A stretch of 64,000 nucleotides of DNA from Flectonema sp. DT1601 (lineage: Eukaryota): positions 930,001-994,000 of the forward strand of contig OZ025788.1 of the NCBI GenBank assembly GCA_964019425.1. The letters run 5' to 3'. This document shows positions 22,556 through 33,867 of the stretch, piece by piece. Numbering within the stretch: position 1 is the stretch's first letter; each line of letters opens with the position of its first letter. The position numbers and the translations under genes were made by a program. A model generated the notes under the pieces. The model was not told where the DNA came from. It ran no database searches and saw only the letters and a list, made by a program, of their open reading frames with translations.

Positions 22556-23725
22556 TTACCTTTTTCCTCTTCTCTTCTTTCTCTTGTTAGATGACTTGTT
22601 GGTATTTGGTGTCACTACTGACATGTTTCGACAGTAGTCAAGAAAGCTTCGATCAGGAAGTGGAACAGACTTAAGTGAGGCAAATGGAGCGACGACTGTC
22701 AATCGAGTATCAGTTGTATCGTCAGTTATTGACCAACTGTTTAAGTGATAAAATGTAACAATACCATGACACAGTAGACGATGGTAGCCATCATCAAATT
22801 GAAGCATGATAGGTTGTGGTTCGTGTAAAGCACTCAAATCATTATTAACTTGTTTAATGTATTCGACAAGTCTTTCTTGAACTGCTTTAATAAACTCATC
22901 TCTGTTATCTTTTACTCTAACTAGTTCAGATCTACTTGGTTTTGACATTCTATTCCATCTAGCCTGACATGTCTGACCATCAACTGAAGTCATTTGATCA
23001 GGTGAGGGATGTGTTGCTGGTGGGTCAACTCTCTTTAGTAGCCTCTGCTGTTGTGCTTCCGTAACTTCAACAAATGGAGTCCACTTCGGATTCACTGAAC
23101 CACTCTCATCATGAAATTCGAACTCAGTTGGTGTTCTGTGAGTAAATAAATCTTGGTAGTCTTGTTTTGATAACTTCCCTTTTGTAGCTCTCTGATCATT
23201 GCCACCACTTTCTTCAGCAATCTGATCATCAAGAAAGTATAAATTAGTCCACCTTCTATTCTTTGCCTTTCCTTTAGGTCCGCGAACTCCCGGAAATGCT
23301 TGTATTCCTTTTGCCTCAACCTTTGCCTGGTTTAGTGGTGTTTCTTTTGATGTGGCGAGGGTTGCTCGTCTTCGAGATGTCGTGTCGGAGTCAGAATTTG
23401 ACGAAATCTCCTCCTTCAAGACGATACCTCGCTTGTCACCGTCACTGTGGTAGCCAACACTTTTTGTGTGTATTGCGTTACCATGTTTATAATGAGCGAA
23501 TGGTACAAAAGTAACCATATCATTTCCTAACATCTGTTCTTGAACAGTCGGTAGTATTCTACCACTCCTGCAATCACTAATAGTAGTAACAGGTTGAGAT
23601 GGTGTCTCTGCTACTTCTTCTGTTGGTTGCTCGTCACCATGCGACTCAACAGGAGGCACCACTGTGCTGTTGTCGCCTTCGGGTGAATTATTTTCCACCA
23701 AAGTGAATGATTCGTCAGACGACAT
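22556..23725 (-). CDS. R3H domain protein (R3HDM4-like)
   Basis: R3H core DGYHRLLCHGIVTFYHLNSWS and an upstream R3H-associated motif GKAKNRRWTNLYFL. Confidence 0.75.
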   Translation of the reverse strand: MSSDESFTLVENNSPEGDNSTVVPPVESHGDEQPTEEVAETPSQPVTTISDCRSGRILPTVQEQMLGNDMVTFVPFAHYKHGNAIHTKSVGYHSDGDKRGIVLKEEISSNSDSDTTSRRRATLATSKETPLNQAKVEAKGIQAFPGVRGPKGKAKNRRWTNLYFLDDQIAEESGGNDQRATKGKLSKQDYQDLFTHRTPTEFEFHDESGSVNPKWTPFVEVTEAQQQRLLKRVDPPATHPSPDQMTSVDGQTCQARWNRMSKPSRSELVRVKDNRDEFIKAVQERLVEYIKQVNNDLSALHEPQPIMLQFDDGYHRLLCHGIVTFYHLNSWSITDDTTDTRLTVVAPFASLKSVPLPDRSFLDYCRNMSVVTPNTNKSSNKRKKRRGKR

Positions 23726-24013
23726 GTTTGTCTTTTGTTAATGTACTTGTTGCTGTAATAATAGTTTATTATTATTTATATAAATTTCAAAATGAGACAC
23801 GACAACTACCGAAGGAACTGCTCATCTATGTAATAGTTTATCTTCACTGGTATAATAAAGAAGTAAAACATAAAAAGGAATGAATTCTGCGTGTGAATCA
23901 GAGCTAATACAAGGTTGGGTTCTTTTTGTTGTTTTCTTTATTACTATCGCTAATAAGCAATTAGTATACGAAGTTACATTGTTGGAGATCAATTCAAGGC
24001 AAAGATCTGAATG

Positions 24014-26364
24014 TTACCCTTTTATGGAAGACTCTAACATTTTAGCAACGCTCGATGGGTCCTCAGCAGTTTCTTTTGTCTTCTGCAACACTCTACTGTG
24101 AGTCGCTTGTTCTAATTCAGTTATACAGATGGGCATCGCTTCTCCATCTGCTGTTTTGTGTTCACTTTTCAACCTTGTTAACTCCTCATTTATGATACAT
24201 GTTACCAGCTTATTTGATGAATCTTGTAAGGTTGAGGATGTGTCACTTATATTGGCTTCAAGCAAGAGCTGAAGGTGCTCAGGCTGTAGTCGGCGAGGAC
24301 TGTTTGAATAATTCTCAACAAAACTTTCCTGAAGTATTGAAGAAAGGCGGCTGTGGTTGGAGTAAAACCTGTTTGTGTTTATTTGTTTCAATTCTCTTAT
24401 AATTCCACAAAAAACATATAAATAACGAACCTTTCACGATTAGTGCTGCCAGACAACCCAGAAGGGAGCTGCATTTCACAACCAACAACATCACTTATTG
24501 AGTCTACTCGAATTTGACGGCCTCGACCTGCCTGTTTGGGTCTCACCTTCTTAGACTCCTGAGGACGGACGTCTCTGGTGTCAGTGCGGTATAATTGACA
24601 TTTCGGTTTCCCTTCAGATCTACAATATATTCCTGCAATACGAAGTTGTAATTCCGATAGTTTTGGAGGAGTGTAAGCAGCTAATGACATTATTGGGAGA
24701 CCTGTTCTTCGAACATTCGGAGCTTTCTCTGTTTGACTTAACCAAACTTGATGAGTAGTAGTTCTTCCTTCTTCAATACACTGACGTCTGTATGCTCTTT
24801 GTTGTGCAGTGAGTCTCGTTGGATCTGGATTCGCTCGTGTGGCACTAGCGAGAGGAACCATACAAACAAAACCTTGCAATGCTGCTAGATTAGATTGGCT
24901 TAGATTACTACTTGTTTGTAGGCAGGTTGCAACACGTGAATCCCAAAGTATTAAATCACCTTTCTTGTAGCATAATTTTAATGGATTTTGAAGTAAATCA
25001 TATTGGTGCTGAGTGGGTATAAATTTTGACGATCGTTCCTTCAGATCTGCGAACTGAGGGAATGTTCTTCTGGAACCGTCGCCAACACACATTCCAGCAT
25101 CATGAGGGCCAGAATCCAACAAAGACATCGTTCCTTGAAAACATTGAAATTTAAGTTCTCTCGTATCCTGATCAATTCTCCAGACTCCTGACTTAATAGG
25201 CGTCGATTTGCGACAGGCAGCGAACCCCTCAAATGATGTAAATAATTCATCAGTTCGGTAAAGTCTTTTAAAGGCTGGGTAGCATTTCTCTCTTATGTCC
25301 CACATCCACTGTTCTTGACCAGCACCATGGCCATGCCAAAGACCAGTTGTATAATTACCACCCCAAGCATCATTAGTCCATGTCTCAGGGTTATTTCTAT
25401 CGATATGAGTTCCCATAGCTTCTCGATAATCCCAAAAGTTCGATAACATTTTATCGACTTCTGTTTCTGTTGCTATCGATCCAACGATAACCCAGCCGTG
25501 GACTTGTAAGAATTGCTTCCAACCTTTCTCATTCTCAATATCATACCTACCTGGGTATCCATCAACACACGGTGCTGTAACTTGTGCTCCTCGAATTCGG
25601 ATATTACAAACTGAAAGAACTGATATCGGTGAGTGCGCATCCTGCACATGTTGTGGTACAGAACTCGGACTTTCTTTAGGCGTCTGCATTGGGGATTCCT
25701 TTGGAGTGTCCTGCTGTTGTGGTTGTTGTTCTGACTCTGGCTGTGGCTGTTGCTCTTCCGGGATTTCAATTTTTGGGATTTTGATCGGAGGAATCTCACT
25801 TTCGATAACTGCTGCAGGACTTTCTTCTGGTGACGAGGGAGGTTCTAAGGGACCCTTTTTGGAAGGTTCGCTTTCAGCAGCTGTCTTTGGTTTCCGCGCC
25901 TCAGCAGTAGTCATTTCTTTACCTTCCTCTGTTTCTTCACTGTCTTCGTCACCAGCATCCTCTCGTTTGCGCTTTTGCTTTAGCAGTGCGGTAGTTACCA
26001 GTGGGTGAGGTCCTCTGGAACCAACAGGCATCTCTCTTTTAGTTGATGATGCGGTTTCTAAGGAAGCCTTCTTTACGCTTACTGTTTGCAATGAAGAGAG
26101 GGCTGCCCTACTCTTTTCAACTTTATTTTTTAACGTCATTACTACTCGTAATAGGTCCCCTGCCTTCAGTGGACAGTCCTCAGGATTCTTTTCATATTTC
26201 GTTAATGCTTGCATTACTGCTGTGTACTCTGGTCGTAGTTTTGTTTGGATTTCTTGCTGAGCAGTTCTAAAAGTTTCATTGAGCTCTGGGACTCTTCTCT
26301 TCAGTTGTTTAACTGCGAAAGACTCCATCTCAGCTGTACCCCTCATAGGGAGTATCGAGGCCAT
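24014..26364 (-). CDS. Protein with a PhyH-like 2OG/Fe(II) dioxygenase fold; 2 exons (26364-24431, 24368-24014), 762 aa
   Basis: FLQVHGWVIV, HGAGQEQWMWDIR, LFTSFEG, FQGTMSLLDSGPHDAG and KGDLILWDSR are PhyH-like. A 62-nt GT-AG intron joins the downstream ORF in frame (NRER/FYSNH). Confidence 0.7.
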
Positions 26365-27012
26365 ATTTTAGGGACTCGCAGCCTGAAGAAAATAGGATCA
26401 TAACAGGGAATACACGAGTTGAAAAAAAAAAAAAAGAATCGTTAAAAAAAAAAGAATCCCGATAATCAATACATTGAATGCGGTTGTTTTAATACGCAAA
26501 ATAAAAAAAATAAAATAAACAAATAAAAAGAAAAGGGTCTTTTTCCAAAACAAAAGAAACTTTTAAAAAGCAGTTGGCGTGAACAATTATTTGCTCGAGC
26601 AGTACAGTGACATACAATTCACAACACAGCAGCCATCAGGTTCGATACACACGGACTTACTACTTTTATCTTTGTTTTGTCTTGTTTTGGTTTTTTCCCC
26701 TTTTTTCTTTTCTTTTCTTTTTTTTTTTTAAATTGCAACAACCGCTTCTCAATTGTAACGATTAGGAAGGGAAAAAATTTAATAAAAAGAGAGGAAGAGA
26801 TACGAAACCTCAAGTTGGAAATAACAAGTAACAGAATCATCAGAAGAAATTCAGCGAATTAATTCAAACGATACGCTGCGCCACGATTATCGAGCGACAG
26901 CAGATAGAAGGAAAGCTCCTTTTGTAAACAAAAAAACCTATAAACTTGCTGGTCTACCCTCCTCCAAAGTAGAGAGAGACAAATGTGAAGTAACTAAAGC
27001 GAACTACTAACA

Positions 27013-27239
27013 GACAAGTAGCGTGAATTGGGTGGGGGGATGTATGTTCGATTTTGTAAAAATTACAACTGTGTTGTATCATAAAAACATAAAGATAATT
27101 TAACATTAGTTTTAAATACAGTGACTAAGGGTGATGCGCAACTTAGCATATTAAAGTAACTATAGGTTTCGAGCGTAATCCATATACCTCTTACCTCTAT
27201 TCTCTCTCGGGACAAGTAGCGTGAATTGGGTGGGGGGGG
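27013..27239. repeat. ~27-bp direct repeat (gacaagtagcgtgaattgggtgggggg), two copies 198 bp apart
   Basis: Copies start at 27013 and 27211. Confidence 0.9.
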
Positions 27240-27296
27240 AAGGAAATAAGAATAGGTCTACTGGGTGCGAGATAGCACAAATTAAAATTATTCGCT

Positions 27297-29157
27297 CTAG
27301 TTAAACGAACTGAAGTCCGCACAACTAGTGCCCATCTGACAGAAGAATGTTTTATAAGTAACACAAGTCGTGTAGTCTAACATGGTGTATGCAGAAGTAG
27401 CAAAGTAGACAGGTGTCGATGCGTAGTAAGCATTGTAAGCACTGTACATGGCCGCGGTGATGGCTTGCGCGCAAGGGTCATCGAGTCCCAACAGCTCGCT
27501 GATAATTTCGAACTCATCCTGACACGCGTAGCACAGCTCCTTGGAAGCACCTCCTCCTGAAAGCCCTCCGCCGAGTGCCAGTGAGAACCTCGCCATCGCC
27601 AGGAGCAGAGCCTGCACGGCAGCCTTGGCGGCGTCTATTGCTTCATTCACAGCTTTCTTCACGTATGCGATAACATTTTCAACGTACTTCCTCATTCCGT
27701 TTAGGAAAGTCTGCAATCTATTCTTGAGTGACCCGCTCTGCAGACGGATCGCCTTCAGCGAAAAGCGAATCGCGTCCGACAATTTGATATCATTCCTTCC
27801 CTGCTTGAATAGGTTCCAAATGTCAACAATGACGTCCTTCACATCTAAAAATCCCTTGATGTTCGAAATGTACGAAGCGACTTCGAGACAAAGCGATTCT
27901 GCGTCCCCCTTCAGCAGCCTGCACCCGATCTTCACTTTCTTGCAAGTGTTTCCACACGTTGGGGCCGGCGAAGGGACAGGCGAGTTGATGATCCCTGCTG
28001 TACGGTAAACGGCGTTCCCCCACCCGCCACCGCAGTTCTGCGCCGCGTCACCGGCGCACGGAGTACTGCAGCGGCCGTCGGTTGCGACGTCCGTGCTTTC
28101 CGAAGCTGTTGCCGCACCAACATTGCTTGTACCACTGCACTCCAAAGTATACGTATCCCTGCGTGCGGCAGTGATCACTGCACGACTCCACCGTCACCGA
28201 GTCAGAATTCCAAACGTTGTTAGGCAGATCCCTGTCCCCGCTATCCTTGTAACATCCCATTCGGAGGACGGGTTCGTGGGTTTGTACCTGCGATCCGTCC
28301 AGTCCCGTCTCGAACACCACCTCGTCGAAGTTGTTCAGCAGCTCGAGTCTCGCCCCGTTTAGCCTCCCGTCGCAGCAGTTATTCTTATCCCTGTTGTAGA
28401 TAACAACCTTCTCGACTTCAATCTCTGATCCGAGGTCCACCATCCAGAAGTTTGATGACCTACCTGCGGAATGGTAATAGTAATCAGGATCTCCACGTAC
28501 TCCGAGGTGCCCATCCAGAGCGTACCCGCACTGTGAAACTCCCCTCTCGTTGGTCCAGCGGAACCCGTTTGATGAAGTGCACGGCATCTCCTCTGCGATG
28601 TTTACTCCGTACATATTGTACACAGCAACCTGAGACAGCTGAAGGTAATCTCCCGACTTCGTAATGCGCACCTTCCGGGCTCCGTGTGGCCGGAGGGTCT
28701 GCTCCTGATCTCCGTTCAGCGTGCTGCGGTATAGCACATTGCCTTCCCCGTTGCTCAGTTCAATCACTGCTCCGTTCAACCGACTCGAGCAGCAGTCTGC
28801 GCGGTTGTACACCACAATGTGGTCGATGTCAACGTCACCACCGAGATCCAACTTCCATTCAGAGTTGCTGCGAGAACTCGAGTGGTAGTACTTGTCGGGG
28901 TTTCCTCTCACTCCCATGTACCCGTCAACTGCCCACCCGCATTGAGACTCGCCGTGTGTCTGCCACATCCACCCTTTTGTCGCTGTGCACGATTTGCCCA
29001 GTCCGATGTTTTCACCTCTCTTGTTGTACACTCCAACTTGAGACAGCTGCAGGTAGTGTCCAGACTTTTGGATTAGAATTGTCTTCGCAAGAAGAGCGTC
29101 GCAAGTCGTCACCATCGCTGCCAACATCACCCCACCCAGAACTGAGAGTGATCTCAT
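27297..29157 (-). pseudogene. Secreted protein with 2 F-type lectin domains + WSC domain + Cys-containing helical C-terminus, interrupted by a +1 frameshift near 28089 (pseudogene, recoding or assembly error)
   Basis: Signal peptide and two H-X26-R fucolectin motifs. The WSC domain begins in one frame (GCYKD...CWCGNSFGKHG) and ends in another (VATDGRCSTPCAGDAAQNCGG..NAVY). Span is 1861 nt = 3n+1. Confidence 0.7.
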
Positions 29158-29588
29158 TATTGTTGTCGTAATAGAAACTCTGTTTATGAATTAGAAAGAT
29201 ATCTTCATTACTTAAAAGTAGCTATTCAGGATTACCTCATAATGCCGTACCTTTCTAGTTAAATATTATTGTAACTGAAAGGGGGAAAGGAGATCACAAT
29301 AATTATTTAATAATTAGCAGGCTCTCGAAATGATCAATGACCGAAAAAAACACTACTTAAGACTGACACCAGAATGACACCACTAACACTGACTTTCTTA
29401 GAAGAACCAAAAAAGTGCTACAGAGAATAAGTTACAGATAGCAGAAGCTCCAGTCGCTTCTCGTTTGTTTGTTTTTCTTCTTTTTTTCTTTTGGTTATTT
29501 TTTCGTTATTAGTATCCCAAAAACGAACTTAAGAACAAAATGAACAATACAACGCGTCTAACTAACTGAGGTCGAATACAGAGGTAGC

Positions 29589-32500
29589 CTAGACGTCATG
29601 ACCAGTTCTAGCTGAATACATCGCTGAAGGGATGTCACCGTACTCTTCCATGAGAGCAAAGTCGACGTCTGCCTGTGGGTTTTCTTCCTCAGTAGACTCT
29701 ACAGTGTGTTTGGTTTCTTCTTGTGGCTGAATTACCTCATCTTGAGAATGCTGTGTTGGTTCCTGTGAAACACCTTCGAACTGAGTCGCAGGATCATAAC
29801 CGAGCTCGCCTACAACATCTTCTTTATCTCTATCAACAAATGTTGTCATCACTTTATCAATTTGAGTTTTTATGGCTGCCTGAACAGCACTATTTGATGT
29901 ATCTGGTAAGCTTGCCCAATCGGAATCTCTAAAGACCGTACATTTCGTCTTCGCAAGCCTTCCTTTCTTAAACATGCCTACTATGCTTTCAACTAGCTGA
30001 CTGCGGAGCCTTTTAAACGTCGCTGCTGAATATATTTTTACTTCCTGTCCAGCGTGCTCAGCTAATTGAGGAACTGCGTGAGTTTTCAGTACAGCAGACA
30101 CGAATTCAAACATTTTTGATTGATATTTCTTTTTGTGTTCTTCTTCTTTGTTATTATTAATCTTACTACGCCTGTTTTAGTTATTATTATGAAGAATTGT
30201 GAACAGACGAGGAAAATGTTCTATTTATGCTTGTGACATACTTGTAAAATGTTTTTGTAAATTCTCGAGCGACAGGTCTTTGTTGACTATTCTGGTAATA
30301 CCAAATAGGAGTTGCGTCATCGACTGCATTGCTGTTGTGGTAGTGGTTGCTGCGAGAGGGGTGTTTGTCAACGTCATCCTTATCCTGTTTTAAATTTTAT
30401 TTTATCGCTGGGGGGTATCTTAAGGTATCTTAAACTACTATTTCTGCTTTAAACACATACCAAGATAGTTTTTGCCAGGTCCCTCTTTCTCTTTTCTTTT
30501 TGTAGTCGCATTCGGGTGTCAGTTACTCTCTCAAGCCTAGCTAAACTAGCCTGTCCAGCAACAACTTGTCTTGCAAGTCTGTGTGGTTTTGTATTGAAAT
30601 AATGTTTCCGATTAATAAAGCAGACTTGAAGAAACAGAATAAAAAAGTAATATATCCATACCCTATGTTGTGATAACCTGCACGAGTGCGGTCGAGGGCA
30701 TCGGAATCGCCTGTATCACGCTTGCTATTGAAGAGTGATCTCTGCATGTAGGGAAGCTTGTCTATTTTTGCATATTTCGCAGCCAAGTTGGTAGATGAAC
30801 CCAAACTGCGTTGAGTATCTTTAGCTAAGGACACAAGAGGATCATCAAAATCGATTCCAATCTCGTCCCGGTTTCCTTTTCCTGGTGACGGTGTTCCCTG
30901 TTCAACAGATACGAGAGCAGGAGCAGCTCCCATCATTGCGATTTGAACTGCTCTTTGTTGTGGTGTTAGACGTGGACGTGAACCCTTACCAGATTCAGTG
31001 AGAGATCTATTTTTAATAATAACATCTCTTGCTACTCGTACACCACTGTGAGCTGCGCCTAACAGCATTCCAAAACACTCAGGGTCAGTGGCATCACCAG
31101 CAAAGGCAATTCTACCGAAGGGTTTTGCAAGTGTAGTGAAGTGCTCAATTTTAGTTTCGGGTTTACAGAAAGGTGCTGAGCAGAGAGCTAGCGGATCAGT
31201 ACCCCAATTGCTAACAATAGCAGTGTCTGGTTCAGGTACTGTTTTGTTTGGGAAAGATTTTCGGAGTTGCTGCATCGCGTGATCAACAACTACAATATCA
31301 CCGCCAGCATCCTCTGCGATTTCCGCTGACTGACCCGACAATGAAAAGATAATATGTGGATGTGGCTCTAGTTCAAACTGTCCTCTACTTCCGATTCCTC
31401 TCAAGTTCTTGTCTGTACTTTGAACAATGAAATCACCTGATTCTAATTCTTCTCCTTCAAAGTCTTCACCTTTCCACCAGGCTTCAGCAAATGACATTAC
31501 GAGAGTGTTACGTCTCCCGGCTCCTATTTTTTCGATGGCTTCTTCCTTTTCCGCAGGCAGTTCAGGTTCAAATTTGATACTTTTATTCTTTAATACACCA
31601 ATAGGGACGGTTACCATGCAGAAGTCGCTTTCAAAGATTTCTCCCTCGGTGGATTCAATTTCAACTTTGTTACCGTTGTCTTTTATTGAGTTTATAATTG
31701 TGTTCGTCTTAATAGAAATACCTTGAGAGAGATTACGACAGACTTCATTCCAAGACTTTTTAATAACGTTTTTGTTACCAGAATATTTTTCTCTTCGGAT
31801 TTCTCTATCAACTGATAATTTTCCAACCTTATCAATTCGACTGTGAGTGTCTTGTTCCCAGGTACTTATAATTTGAGCAGTTGATGGTGTTAGGTCTGAA
31901 GAGGTACTTTCTAAGTAGGAAATACATGCTTCGTGAGTATCCTCATCTTTGATAGTTTCGTTTAAAAAAGATTGAAGACGTTCACCAGATTCTTGAATCT
32001 TCTCAGCGACTTCAATGATATCAACGTGTTTTCCTTCTGGGTCAAAGATGAACATCTGAACTTCTGATTCAGGATTCGCTTCTTTCTTTTCTTGATCGTA
32101 CCACCACGTTTCTTCAATACCTGCTTGTCTTAGTAACGTGCTTAGTAGAACTTGTTGAGGCTCTGTTGGGTCTCTGTTAAGTTCAGCAGCTCTTTCGGCA
32201 GTGCTAGCGTCGGTTGCTTGGGAAGCAGTTGTTTCACGTTGGATATTATCTAACGATGCTGTCAGTGGGATGAGTCCTTCTGTTTTGTCTGGACGCTCAT
32301 CTCCGAATTCATCTGCACCAGGTTCGATAGTAATGACACCAGCAAGTTCTTCTAAGTATTCAATCACCATTTGTGGTAAATCAAACCTATTTTGAGGACC
32401 TGCTGAGACTGATAACTCCTCACTAATAACATTATTCCTACAACGACCTCCAATATCACTCCATCCCTCTAGGATATTAACGGTAAATCCAGCTCGTCGA

Positions 32501-33480
32501 AGCTGCTGTGCTGCAACCAAACCAGACAAACCAGCTCCGATAATTGTGACACTTCTCCCATTTGGGATTGATTCAAAACGTTCACTGGGAGTACCGACAT
32601 TTACAACACCAGTTTCTTCCAGATAGTTGAAGATTGGGACGAGGTTTTTAAACTTCGCAAGAGATGGTGTTCGTCTCAACGTGTTAACGTACAGCCTCTT
32701 AAAAGGATTTCTGTCCCATAAAAACATCGCTGTGTTTCTTGCAGTTAAGTGGGCGTTGACTTCAGCTTCTGTTCTACTGGAGCGGAATGCGTTCTGTTCA
32801 CCGATAGAAAAGAACTTTCCAGGAAGCCCACATCGTAAGGCGCACTTTTTAAGTTCTCGTGTTATTGGGATAGATATCTCAGGGTCATCTGGTCTGTACT
32901 TCTCAGTTTCAAAATGTGCTTTCTTGTTTCCCCTTATCATGGTCACCGTGTCGTCATCGTCGTCGCTCTCGTAGACAATTTTGGATCGTTTTTTATTAGA
33001 TTTGGTAATAAGTTCATTGTCGCTATCAGATTCTAGGTCCTTCTTTTTCTTCTTCTTGTCCTTTTTCTTCTGACGCTTTTCCTTTTTGCGACGTTTTTTT
33101 GCCGCATGATCGTCGGAGCTGACGTCTTCGCCGAAATCATCATCACCAAAATCTTCAAACTGGGCTGCGATGTCGTCGCCTTCGATGACTTCAGACTTTG
33201 GTTCGATTTCTTCGATAATCGATTCGTCCTTCACTTCACTTTTAGGAATTTCATTAGTGTTGACAAAAACAGGTGAGAATCCATCATCTGTAATTTCCTC
33301 TTTAGCTGTTTGATCTGCTTCATTGACATCTGGTATCTTAATGTCGTCGATATAATTTCCAGCATCCTCCTCATCATCGTCATCGTCGTCAACTATCTCG
33401 TCTGCTGAGCGAGATCCAACATCGTCAACGTCGTCTTCAGCACCTGCCCCTGCCAGGATATTATTTTCGTCGTCACTCAT
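29589..33480 (-). CDS. LSD1/KDM1-like SWIRM + FAD amine oxidase protein; 4 exons (33480-30662, 30578-30461, 30384-30242, 30171-29589), 1220 aa
   Basis: SWIRM-like ARNTAMFLW..NP...IFNYLEETGVVNVG. FAD/oxidase motifs IIGAGLSGLVAA, VTVPIGVLK...F.P.LP..K..AI, W..DP, FAGDAT and GAAHSGVR. Three GT-AG introns (83, 76, 70 nt) link in frame to the 29589-30113 ORF. Confidence 0.8.
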
Positions 33481-33867
33481 ATCCTTTCTTTTCTGTCGGA
33501 AGAAAGAAAGTAAGTACATTAAGCAAACGTTTATATAAAATAACGCTGCCCTGCAGGAAAAACAAAAGGATCTACAGTGATAATCTTTTATTTACTTCCT
33601 GAGAGGGGTGATAAAAAAGTAAATAATACTCCACGAGGTACTCCTCCTTAAACTTCAATTAATCCAGTCAAGCAGTACTCCCCTGCTCTGGAAACTTATG
33701 TAAAGAAAGGGGCTTTACGAGGAATCGGGAAGGCTGTGTATTAACATAAGAAATAATTTATTAGGAAATGACTGCTGCAACTGTCCGTTTGGAAGTTATC
33801 TTTCCTTTTGGTAATGCGACCAAGAGAAAAGGATAGCAATCAGTGACTGTTGTCAAAGAGATGAATA

